Below are positions 29,118-41,800 of a stretch of DNA of 64,000 nucleotides, in pieces. Made by a program: the position numbers and the translations under genes. Numbering within the stretch: position 1 is the first letter of the stretch; each line of letters starts with the position of its first letter. The notes under the pieces are model-generated. The model searched no databases. It worked only from the letters and a program-made list of their open reading frames with translations, and had not been told where the DNA came from. Source of the stretch: Trichoplax adhaerens (Eukaryota > Animalia > Placozoa); assembly GCF_000150275.1 (NCBI RefSeq), contig NW_002060949.1, positions 3,292,449-3,356,448 on the forward strand. The letters are read 5' to 3'.

Positions 29118-29595
29118 GTATAATGCAATAAAGTATGACTTCATATTTCTCATAGCTCAGTAATTGATTTCTAGAAGAAAATGTCATTGAACAGAACCAC
29201 GATAGCTGTAGATACCATTAAACACATATTAAAAAATCTTTATTAACATTTCTACAAGACCAAAAAACTCGAAAATTAATTCTCCAGTTTTGAAGTAATC
29301 AAGCGCTAGTACTGGAAGCGACGGAAGGTCTCGCATATAATATAATTTTATCCAACAAAGTAAAATAACTCTATTTCGAGATATAATAGAAATACATAAT
29401 CTGTTAGAATAAATTAAAGGTTACGCATCATATATTCAACTACTTCAATCTAGTAAGAAATTTTAGATGCATAAACCTGGTATAATATACAATTACACTT
29501 GCATGTCTTGACGTCTATATTAAAACACTCTTAGGCTGAACTGTGCTATCTTTTAAAAACAAAACTAACGTAGCGAAATGTACTACCTGAAATCT

Positions 29596-29793
29596 TGTAG
29601 TGCTTAGGTTTTACAGCCCCTTAGGTTCGCAATCGTCTAGCTCAAAAACCTAAAGTCATTAAAATTGAGCAAATCTCTAATGTGACACAAGATTTCATCA
29701 TCAACAATCATGAAATTACCTTATATGCATAGTAGACTATTCTACTTCTTAATGCTACCGTAATTCAATTACTACTGTAATTAGCTGAAACTA
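29596..29793 (+). repeat. Dispersed direct repeat, copy A (3' of channel paralogue 4)
   Basis: CCCCTTAGGTTCGCAATCGTCTA...TTAAAATTGAGCAAATCTCTAA...ATAGTAGACTATTCTA...TTCAATTACTACTGTAATTA shared with 34842-35295. Confidence 0.9.
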
Positions 29794-30280
29794 ATACTAC
29801 AAATCTATACTAGAAAATGTACTGTATTGAAATATTTATTTAATTACATATTTGGCTAGGCTAATGTGAAAACGTATAAAGACTCTGAGTTTCATGTCAC
29901 TTAATTTTAAGATATAACATTATCGTATATATCATAGTACATTTTGCAAAGTGATACATTAGTCTGCAGCTATGGTACTCTGATACGGGCAAAAATTGCT
30001 AAGGTAAGCTTTGAACCAAGTAGAAGATGATTTCAAAATATATCAGTAGACACACATTGATGTTCACGTTATGGTACCATACAGTAAGCTAGCAAGCAAG
30101 ATACCAGCTCAAAATCTGTTGCTATAGTATAAAATCTTGATTTATACACCCCATTTTCCAGATATGGTAACATATTTTGGCCCATACATCAAAGTTGTGT
30201 TAAACTTTAAAAGCTGCCAAGCTAACTATCAAGAACATGTAATGTATTAAATGAATCCAAGTATAGACCAGATACTGTAA

Positions 30281-33200
30281 TTAGACAGATGAGCTCTTTC
30301 TATTTTGTTCAAGGTTTAAATCTTCTTTAGACTTGTCTGCAGGTTTATTGAATGATTTATTGTAGAATATCCTAATCAAATATTGTAAGATTTCTGCTAT
30401 TGTAATGATACTCGCACCGATAAATAGTCCCATTTGTCCGCCAATATTGCCTTTAGAGATTTTAAATGGGTTAGATTCAGTATACTTGTATAAAAAGTTT
30501 GTACATGTTTAAAATATAACGATACATTAAATAATCTTAAAATAGATGTTGATTTAATCGCAATTCTATCTTCTGTAACGTTAATATCATGTAGAGTAAG
30601 TATGCTAGTCTATTTACTATTTCAGATATATATATGGCATTATTAATAGAAAGAACAGTTCAATCAACTTTTCTATTTGAGTACTGTATAAAATATCATG
30701 TATAGTAAGTATGCTAGTCTATTTTACCATTAAAGATACACATTCGCCATTATCAATAGAAGAAATTTTTCGATCTAATTTACTATTTAAGTACTGTATA
30801 TTAACCAACCATCTATCATACTATATTTATGATTTCGAGTATCAATTGCTATGAGCCTTATAAATAGAGCATAACCTCGGACAGAAAGTAGTATAAATTA
30901 AAAATAGAAAAGTAAACAAAAATACTAACTTAAAACTTCGGCAAATCCAGTTGCCCTTTTTTGTTCGATGGCATTGGTATGTAGATCGCTATAATAAATA
31001 TCTAGGTATAGAATGTTATCCCTGTAACAGAATTTAATAAATGCCTATTCAAAATCATCCTTACGCTGGGTATCCTTTCAATTTATGCTTATACTGTAAT
31101 TAAAATTAACATAAGTTATGTATCTGTAATTTCATACTACCGATGTAGCGTTTTTAGCTCGACATCTAAAATTATACAAACTGATACAATATATAATAAT
31201 TTTTAAAACGATATTGACGGTATACAAGTTTTACTAGCATTGATATAAATATCATAATGATAAATGGCTATCTATACCGACACAAAATGGTACGTTAACA
31301 AATTTATAGTCTCTCATGCCTGACAAAATTAGCGGTGGAGTAATTGGGATCTTTAATCCAGTCCAAAGACTGTGCATGGCGTATTATCCCAGAAACATTA
31401 AGATAATTGGTAATTAAACTCGAAATCGGAATTAGTGCAAGATTTCCATAAGAGATTACAGTAGGATATGTATAAGTTTCACAAGCTACAGGGCAAGCCG
31501 CGATGTTTTCATTAGCTTGAACTCGTGCTTTAGCTAGCAGTAATCGGATAAAAGATCGTTAAAATAAAACATTATCATACATTTCCTAAAATAGTCGTTA
31601 TCTAAGGTACACTGATATTATTTATTTTTGAAATCGCAAAATTGTTAATGCCTTACCTAAAATGGGGACGATGCATGTTATAAATTTAACGCTGTCACAG
31701 GCGCCATAGGGTCCTATTTTAAAATAATAATAAACATTTGTTCTCGATATGTATAATTTTCATTTTAAAATTCGTCTACTAGTGAGATTTATGCGATAGT
31801 TTGTGTATTATAACGATGTGAAATTGAGTAATGACTGTAAAATGTTGATGCCTTAACCAATCCTAGAATTATGGTAGCACATATATCTTACCAAATGCAC
31901 CAATAATACTACAATTGCATAATGTAGATGCATAAATTGCCGATACTTCGTCAATGCAAGCGACATGGGAATAAAATTCGTGGAAAAGTAATTTTCTAGA
32001 TCCACATTCTCCCCATGGTTTTTCTAACTTTTTATGCTGTCATCAATTGATCATTTACCGAAAAAAAATTACATTTAACATTTATATCAATAAATGAAGA
32101 TAGAAGACCACATCTTGATCAATCTTCAGTAAGTATTATTTGAATAGGTCTTACATATCATGAAACACATTAATCTGAATGTTAGGGTTTCTATAATAAG
32201 CAAGCTAGGAGTATTTCGCTGATTGAAATAAAAGAACTTAGCATTTAATTTAATCTTTCGATAAACATTATCCGATTCTATGCTCAATCTTAAGATTGTA
32301 AGGCTTGAGATAATTTTAGGTAGTTCAACATAATACATCAGGCAAAGGTTAGGACTATTCTAGTAAATAAGCCAGACATATGAGAAAACGACTCAGAATG
32401 GCTCTATTGGAATTATACTGGCACAATAACTTAGATATTTTGTACCACGACAATGTAATTGTTTTGATTAAATTGCCTTCGTACAATCTAATATGTAATC
32501 AGACAGGGACTTACGTAAGTTCGAGTGAAGGAAACGTAGGTATGGGAGCCCACAGGCGCAATAATACTTTTTGCTAGAAGATTTGGCGGTTCTTTATGAT
32601 AGTGTATTGTAAATCGGATACCTGCATCAGGGCGATTTCTGTCTAAAAGATCTGGATAATACTTGTATTGCCCAATATTAAAAGCTAAGCGAAGACCATA
32701 CACTTCCCCTGGAACGGTTTGATTCTTCAGAGGTAAGTCTTTAGTACCTAATTTCCAAAAGTAGAGCAACATGAGCGTGTACGTTAGAGATTATGGTGCG
32801 GAAAGATACTTTAAACTAAACTAGACTAGTTGAAAAAATACGTGATATATTTATTACCAACTCCATCGAAATGAAAGTGTTCATAATTAATAATTTCTTG
32901 GTTGTCATAGCTTACTATTACGATCAATGTCCTATCTGTTATCTTACTATTATGATCAATGTCCTATCGATAAATTTCATTCCAATAATTGCTATTTTTT
33001 AAAGTAGATCTCTGCACATTAGGCAGCTCTTACTCTGCCATTTTCATTTTTATATCTTGTCACCCTTAAGTCGTACTGCCAGAAAATGTTAACAACTTAA
33101 CAGTGAACTGCTGTATCCCTTCTACTATTCATTAAATTTTCATCAACTAATTTACAGTCATCGATTGAGATAGTATTATGAATTTCAGTGAACTATATCC

Positions 33201-34052
33201 GTTCAATAAATCGACGCGGAAACATCCTATTCATTTATAAAATGAACGTGAAATGTTTTGTAAAATTTCTACTAAAATAACTTGGCCATAATTTATTTGC
33301 TGTAGGATGGCTGACTATATAGTTACCAGCAAATAGGACTTGCCTAGTTTCTATTCTGAAGAAAATAACATTATTCTTCCAAGCTAAATTATACCAACTA
33401 GAAACTTTAAGCTTCTACCATGTAGTCTGTAAGTTATATCGTAACAAAATATTGATGACACGACGTTAAAGTTACTTTTATTGGATTATAGAAAACATAT
33501 CCTACCTGGATTAAAGGTAAAACAGTTGCCGTAATCGGTTACAATTGATGTAAAATCAGAGAGACTACATGGACGATTCATCCACTGACATCGTAGCAGC
33601 ATGTTCTCCAATTTTGCACTAGATGTTCGTATATAGTTTTCGTAATCGAATTTATCGCCATATTTCTTTATAAAATAACGAGCTGCCTCCTGGACCTGAG
33701 TTTCGTTATACGCATTCTCTGTTGATTGCGTGTGCAATAAAATAGATAAATATTTTAAATCAGATTCTGGTAGAGCATCTCTTGGAGAATTATCGGTATT
33801 ACATATCGTAATAGAAGGAAAGACAGTCGAGTTGGCTGAAACATCGCTAAAAGTAATTCTTGTCGGTAGTTGAGAAGCGTCGTAGATAATGATGATACAT
33901 TGGCTAATACATACAGCTGTGGCTGCTATAGTCAAAATTAACCAGATCATTCGTGGTAGTCTGCCACTATCATTTTGGTAGACATGAGAGATTCCATGAC
34001 AAGAAGTCGTACTAGCAAACTTCTCTTCCATGCTGAGGTCTTCCTTAGCCAT
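30281..34052 (-). CDS. DEG/ENaC sodium channel subunit, paralogue 4 (7 coding exons, ~485 aa; probable GC-AG intron 5)
   Basis: ATG at 34052 (the ORF track start at 34061 is a TTG). Exons 34052-33506, 32747-32515, 32036-31892, 31713-31657, 31533-31320, 31021-30930, 30450-30281 (1458 nt). Motifs: [55 protein letters not shown]; ends RKSSSV*. Confidence 0.93.
30584..30800. repeat. ~109-bp tandem duplication (intron 6 of channel 4)
   Basis: ATATCATGTA.AGTAAGTATGCTAGTCTATTT...AGTACTGTATA twice. Confidence 0.85.
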
Positions 34053-34841
34053 TTTTCCCAAGTATAGTATGAATATTACGTCAGTGATCTTCGACTTGAT
34101 GAATTAACAATGATCAAAATAGCCCAACAAATTCTCTCACTAATTTTAATCCTAAATAACTATGAATAAGTTGTTTCTAAATGCTAAAGGATTATTGATT
34201 TGGTTTAAGCATAATCGAAGTCGACTTGCGATTCGAATAGTGATGATCATTAGGCTAAAAAATGAACCCTTTCATCCATAGTAGTAGTACCGCCTATAGT
34301 CTGTTTCTGGACTCTAGTTGTGAGTAATCCAGTATCATACAGTTCGTGAAATACACTACACACTGTAAACTAGAAAGACGAGCTACAGGGCAGGGGTGAC
34401 AACTTTTATGCACGGTGTCCAATTTCGATTGAGTAGTCCCTGGTCTTTACTGCACTGTACTCAGTGTACTGTACTTTTATAGTATGCTATATAGACTTCG
34501 CATTTCCCTCAGGCGCCATTAAAATTAAACATTTATCAACCAATCACCCTTAAAGTTAACTTAAGAAATTAAGAAAACAAAAATCATTCAAAGTTCAGAC
34601 ACAATTTACCTCATGATTCCCTTACAAAATACTATAGAACCAGCAAACTAACTATGAAATACATCAAGCTTCATTTCTAACACAATTCTCAATCATTACA
34701 CACTATAAAAGTTACAGAATTAACCTTTAAATATCACTTAGTCATTAAAATAACAATTTAACTACTTGACTTTATATATATATTATTAGACCAGTTAAGT
34801 TTCGTAGTTAGATTTATGCGTGTACTCACAGCGCCAAATTA

Positions 34842-35295
34842 TGTAGTGTTTGAGTTTTACAACCCCTTAGGTTCGCAATCGTCTAACTCAAAATCTGAAT
34901 TATTAAAATTGAGCAAATCTCTAACGTGAAACAAGATCAGGCAAACACCGTATTTAACCTTAAAAGTATCCGTTTATGAATAGAACGCTTGACAAGAGAA
35001 AAATTCACTTTTCTTCCCTTATAGTAACAGTCGAAAGTAGCTAAGATAAACCGGATAATTGACTTCGTCTCCACGATAACAATTCCATATTATCTAAAAG
35101 TTATTGCGAATTAAGACATTACACAAAAACCTCACCTTATATGGCCGACTACTGCAGCCTTATACACACGTAGTACGAATAGTATAAGTACATCGTTTTA
35201 TCATCAGCAATCATGAAACCTTATAAGTATAGTAGACTATTCTAATTCTTAATGCTACTATCATACTTCAATTACTACTGTAATTATCTGAAACT
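34842..35295 (+). repeat. Dispersed direct repeat, copy B (5' of channel paralogue 4), with ~260 extra bp
   Basis: 34842-34937 and ~35200-35295 align to the two halves of 29596-29793; 34938-35198 is absent from copy A. Confidence 0.9.
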
Positions 35296-35309
35296 ACTGC
35301 AAGAAATGA

Positions 35310-36205
35310 CTCGAAGTAAGATCGTTAATCTTTCGATCATCATGATCTCTAAATTGCTAGATTACATAACAACATAGCAGTGGTGTATTTTCGCCAGAAT
35401 AAGCATGAAGATACTATTACTATGCTTGCAGAATCATTCAAATTTAAATTAGCAATTCTTAGTAATAATCATCTTGATATTGCTGTGTCATATTGTAATA
35501 TAGGATGTATCTATCTTACTGAGAGTAAATACGAAGAGGCTATCTCTATGTGTGAGAAGTCACTCAAAATTCGATTATTAATCCTTGATCATGATCATCT
35601 CGATATAGTGAATTCATATCTAAGCATAGCTTTTGCGTATCATGCCCAAGGCAAGCATGAAGATGCTCTTTCTATGTATAAGAAAGCACCCAGAATTCAA
35701 TTATTAGTCTTTGATCACAATCATCCTGATATTGGTTTGACGTTCAAAAATCTAGCTAAAGCCTATCATAAGCTGGGCAAGATCGAAGTGGCTATCTTCA
35801 AATATGAGAAGTCACTCAAAACTCAGTTATCAGTCCTAGATCATAATCATCCCAATATTGTAACGTTATATGTAAATATGGCGTTAGCGTATCAAGACCA
35901 AAGCAAGCATGAAGAAGCTCTGTCTATGTATAAGAAAGGATTCGAAATTAAATTATCAGTTCTTGATCACAATCATCCCGATTTTGCTGTGATAAGGGAA
36001 ATTCTAGCTCAAGTCTATCATCAGCAGGGCAAGATCGAAGAGGCCGTTTCTGTGTACGAGAATTTACTTGGAATTTCATCGCCATTTCTTGATCGCAATC
36101 ATCTCCATATTGAATAATCTTATTATAATCTAGAAAAGCATTACTATAACCAAGGTAAGCGCAAAGAAACTCTTTCGATTGCATGTATCAGAAATTGCAA
36201 AAATT
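35310..36205 (+). pseudogene. TPR repeat gene fragment (~6-7 42-aa repeats), probably the 3' end of a decayed paralogue
   Basis: ORF 35380-36117 begins at an internal GTG. Repeat homology continues past in-frame stops on both sides (DHHDL*IARLHNNIAV upstream; HIE*SYYNLEKHYYNQGK downstream). No N-terminal region. Confidence 0.8.
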
Positions 36206-37686
36206 TTAATATCAATATTTTTGATATTGTAGGATTTAACAACACCGACGATGGCATCATTTAAATTAAATTAAAATCAATACTGAATTGGTTACAGTAA
36301 ACCGAACAATTTAGGTCAAGTATTTTTCCAACACATGCTATGATAAAGTATCTTAATCCATTTACTGAATGGGAATTGACTTGTTTACTCGTTATATTAC
36401 TATGTTTGGTTATCATCGGCTAAGAGTAATATTGAATAACACATAATGGATTCAAGCTATGACTTAGAGAAGTCTCCTTAATGATATCATTACTATGATG
36501 AGATTCGAGATTGATTATACTTATTACTAATTTTGGATGGCTTGAGTGGATAATCTTTATAAGTCATGTTCGTACTGCTGTTAATATCGTATTTCTTTAG
36601 AGTCGGTACCTTCATATATTTGCATTTGCTACTCTGTTAGAATTATCCTAGTAGTCAATATTATGAATATCTAACTTAGATTAGAATTAGTAAATAAACT
36701 GTATTATAGTAAGTTTACAGGATTACTTACACATTATAGACTTGGTGACAAATCTAGTTAGTGATAAGCGAATGTAAAATAAGATACGAAAATGATACTA
36801 AAACTTTTTGCCCGAAAATGCATAATTTCTTTAATTTATTACGATCAAAGGTAGGCATAACTAGACAATAAATTACGCATTCTCCAAGTATATTACAATA
36901 TCTACTAGCTGATGGCATGAAATGAGGTACTGTCTATTAGAGTTATTGATAAATTGGTTATCATTAGAAGGGAATACTACTGAAGACTAATTGATACCCT
37001 CTTTCCTGGAAGTAACCTAAGTCGCTAGTATATACAGAATTATCTGAACTTTTTTTGTGTGCGTTTATTGAGTTTAAGTTCTTGCATTGTATTGTAAGCC
37101 ATTATTATTCGATATTTTTAAGTGACTAAGCTTAGGAGCTGTATACCAACTGCGTTGTAAGCTTTTTATTACTGTACTTTAGCAATGTTGATAGTTTTGT
37201 TTACGTTGCGTATTGAAGTGATCTACAACAAGTAGTATTTCCTTCCATAGAATTTGCAATTCATCTTTCACGTTAATCATTTCTGTAAGGCAAAATATTT
37301 AATGATTAATAAATCACAATATCTCTAGCGGCTATATCGTATTACAAATTGTTTAAACGTATGCTTATAGGTCATGTTGAAGTCTAAGCTGAATATTCTA
37401 TGAGGTGGAGAATGTTAGGTATTCGATAGTTCTAATAGATTGCTTTTGCACGTATTAGTTCGTTATCTACTATAATACATTTATAGTCTACCGTGATTCA
37501 TACTATTTTGTTTATATCTCCACATGTAGTACTAATTATAATAATAAATAGCGCCTTGCAAGCTTATAATGGACTGTTAGACTTTGATATGAGTTAAAAA
37601 TAGAAAGTCCTTCTTAATTTGTCAATTTACTAAGCCAATTCATCAGCTGCCTCGTGAATTGGAAACTACTTAAGATGAAAGAATGG

Positions 37687-37860
37687 TATCTACCAGGCAT
37701 ATGTACATTCTCGTCTTACAGATACACTGCAGCACGAGAATATTTATGCCTTTCTAATCTATATTAGTACTCTAGTATATCTACCAAACATACATACATT
37801 CTCTTTTTTCAGATACTCTAAAGCAAGAGAATCCTTGTGTTTTAATCTCTATTGGTAGCT
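37687..37860. repeat. ~90-bp diverged tandem duplication
   Basis: TATCTACCA..CATA..TACATTCTC......CAGATAC.CT..AGCA.GAGAAT twice. Confidence 0.7.
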
Positions 37861-38890
37861 GGCACAATATATAGCTAAAATTTATTGAAATAATGAAAAT
37901 GCGGTACGATTGATAGAGCTAGATTTTATAATATCATTTCAGCTAAACGTATTAGTTCAAGATAACTAATGTGGATCAAATCTATAAAATTGATGGTAAT
38001 AATGGCCAATACAGTATTATTAATCGGCTAGCAAGCTCTGTAGCGCTCTTTGTTAACAATATTTGCTTAAATTTAGATTTGATGATCAAAGTTCCTGCAA
38101 GATAGGTGGAAATGCCTATATTATTAGATCAATCGAGTAGAATCCATCGTATTTTTTTACTAATATTAATTATAGTATTAGAGTTGTCCTACTTAGTGGC
38201 CATTTGTTCATCTTTATTCATCTCCGCTGCTACCTATACTACTGCTCCATATTGTTTACGGCTATTAACATATGCATGAAATCATTGACTGGTTGGGTGG
38301 ACATGTAGTCCAGTTGCTATTTTTTCTTGGAGTCAATTGTCGACACAGATAATTATTCTACTTATTCATGTCAGCAAACCGTTAAGCATTGAGACATATC
38401 ATGCCGAATCGTCGAGACGTAAAGCATAGTATCTAAATAGCTTTGGTCTGGCTATACATCTCAAGACATAGAATTAAATAAACAAAAACAGATTAATCCA
38501 ATTGCTACGTATACAAGTATAAATGTAAAATGTACGATAAACTAGAATAATGCCTTGATTTTGCGATGAAAAATATCTAAACTGGGTTAGAATTGTGGAT
38601 TACATAATAGTTTTCCCTATTTTTCTCTGATTGTATTGTTGATATAGTATAAATTGAGAGGAAACTTCGAACTTTGATCGACGATTAAAAATTACGTGGA
38701 CCGATAAAATGACGTAGCTAGGAAAGTTCTTTGATGATAGGCTTAAACATGCGATTAAATCCATAGGATAAGTAAAGAATTAATAGCTCCGATGTTGAAT
38801 TTTACACACACTGACAGCTACGGACTGAATTGGATGTTCATTAAACACAATTCGATATCTAATCAATCGATATCATTCCTGACTTAATAA

Positions 38891-41800
38891 ATGGATTTTC
38901 CAGTTATTAAATCTATTCCTGGACAAATAACGCCTATGTACGAAAAGGCTATAGAAAATTACCAATCCGGTAACCTTAATGGAGTGATATGTTATTGTAT
39001 ACAAATCTTGGAAAAAATTCAACGATTACCTAAGAGTAACATTGATCTAGATCGATTTCAATATGATATATATCTTCTAGTTAGCAGTATATACATGAAA
39101 CGAAACGAATGGATAAAAGCCAAAGAAGTCAACGAAAAAGCACGACAAATAGCCGAAAAGATGCATATAGAAATCTTGACTGCCCGCTGTTTAGATAGAC
39201 AAGGCGATATTAAACGAATAAGAGGAAATTGGAATGAGGCATTGGATGATTATACCAAGTCACTGGATATAAAATCAAGCTGCTTAGAACAAGATGATCT
39301 ACGTATTGCCGATTCCTATGAAGATATAGGGACTATTTACAATGCGCAAGGTAGATATGATAAGGCTCTATATATGCATGAGATATCGCTGAAAATTCGA
39401 TTATCAGGGCTGGATGATAATCATTCCGATGTTGCTGCATCCTATAATGGCATCGGAAACGTCTATTATCATCAGGGCAAGTATCAGGATGCTATTTCTA
39501 TGTATGAGAAGTCACTTAAAATCCAGTTATCAGTCCTTAATCATAATCATTCTGATATTGCGAAATCATTTAACGATATGGGAATAGTATATGATGCACA
39601 GGGTAATTACGAAGAGGCTATATCTAAATACGAGAAATCACTCAAAATTCGATTGTCAGTCTTTGATCACGATCATCCCGATGTTGCCAGATTATATACT
39701 AACATGGGGAATGTCTATTATCATCAAGGCAAGTATCAAAATGCTATTTCGATGTACGAAAAATCGCTTAAAATTCAGTTATTAGTCCTTAATCATAGTC
39801 ATCCTGATATTGCGAAATCGTATAGCGACATGGGAATGGTACATGACGCACAAGGCAAGTACGAAGAGGCGATATCGAAGTATGAGAAATCACTCAAAGT
39901 TGGAGTGGCTGTCTTTGGTCACAATCATCCCGATATTGCTAAATCATATAATAAAATGGGAAATGTCTATTACCATCAGAGCAAGTATCAAGATGCTATT
40001 TCGATATATGAGAAATCACTCAAAATTCAATTATCTGTGCTTGATTACAATCATCCTGATACTGCGAAATCATATAACGACCTAGGAGTTGTATATGATG
40101 CACAGGGCAAGCATAAAGAAGCTAGTTCTATGTATGAAAAGTCGCTTAGAATTCGATTATCAGTCCTTGGTCATAATCATCCCGACATTGCAACATCCTA
40201 TAACAACATGGGGAACGTCTATTCTCATCAAAACAAGTATGAGCTTGCAATCTCTATGCTTAAGAAGTCGTTAAAAATTCGATTATCAGTTATTGATCAT
40301 AATCATCCTGATGTTGCACAATCCTATAACGATATAGGATGTGTTTATGATGATCAGGGCAATTATGAAAAGGCTACTGCTATGTATAAGGTGTCGCTTA
40401 AAATTCGATTATCTGTATTCGGTTATAATCATCCCGATATTGCTATATCGTATAACAATATGGGAATTGTTAATTTTAATCAGAGCAAGTATGAAGACGC
40501 TCTTCTTATGTACGAGAAGTCACTTGAAATTCGATTGTCAGTCCTCAATAACAATCATCACGATGTAGCTAAATCATACAACAACATGGGAAATGTTTAT
40601 TGGAATCAGGGCAAGTATGAAGAAGCTATTTGTATGTTTGAGAAATCACTGAAAATTGAATTATCAATTCTTGGTCCTAATCATCCACATGTTGCAATAT
40701 CATATAATAACATGGGAAATAGCTATTTTAATCAATGCAAATATGAAGAAGCTATTTCGATGTATGAAAAATCACTTAAAATTCGATTATCAGTCCTTGG
40801 CTATGACCATCTTGATGTTGCTATATCATATAACAACTTGGGAAATGTTTATATGGATCAAGGAAAGCATGAAAAAGCTATGACTATGTTTGAAAAGTCG
40901 CTCAAAGTTCAATTATCAATCCTTGGTTGCAATCATCCTAATATTGCTAAATTATACAATAACATGGGATCCGCGTATTCTCACCAGAGTAAATACGAGG
41001 AAGCTCTTTCTATGTATAACAATGCACTCAAAATTGAATTATTGGTCGTGGGCCATAAACATATCGATGTTGCCAAATCATATAATAATATAGCAAACAT
41101 TTATTTTCGTCAGAGTAAGCATGAAGAAGCTATTTCTACTTATGAGAAATCACTTAAAATTCATTTATCAGTCTTTGGTCATATGCATATCGACGTTGCT
41201 AAATTATATAGTAACATAGGAGTCGTATATGATGATCAGGGCAAACACGACGAAGCTCTATCCATGTTTGAAAAATCGCTTAAAATTCGACTGATTGCCC
41301 TAGATCACAATCATCCAGATGTTGCCGCATCATGCAACAATATGGGAAACATTTACATGAAGAAGGGCAAGCAGGAAGAAGCTATTAATATGTATGAAAA
41401 TTCACTCAAAATTCAATTATCAGTCCTTGATTGCAATCATCCCGTTATCGCCAAATTATACACCAATATAGGAGCAGTCTACCATGATCAGGGCAAATAT
41501 GAAAAGGCTGTTTCTATGTATAAAGAATCGCTCAAAATTCAGTTATCTGTCCTTGGTTACAATCATTCCGATGTCGCAAAATCATATGACAATCTAGGAA
41601 ATGCCTACTTTAATCAGAATAAACATGGAGAGGCTATTTCTATATATGAGAACTCGCTCAAAATTCGATTATCTGTCCTTGGCTGTAATCATACTGATAT
41701 TGCTAAATTGTATAATAACATAGGAGCTGTACATGGTGCTCAATGTAAGTATGAAGAGGCGATTTCTATGTACAAAAAATCTCTTAAAATTCAATTGTCG

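Noticed and set aside
404-34052. Assigning individual TadNaC numbers or ASIC orthology
   Set aside because: Cannot be done reliably without a database search.
34938-35198. Transposon insertion in repeat copy B
   Set aside because: No terminal inverted repeats, target-site duplication or poly(A) seen; a deletion in copy A is equally likely.
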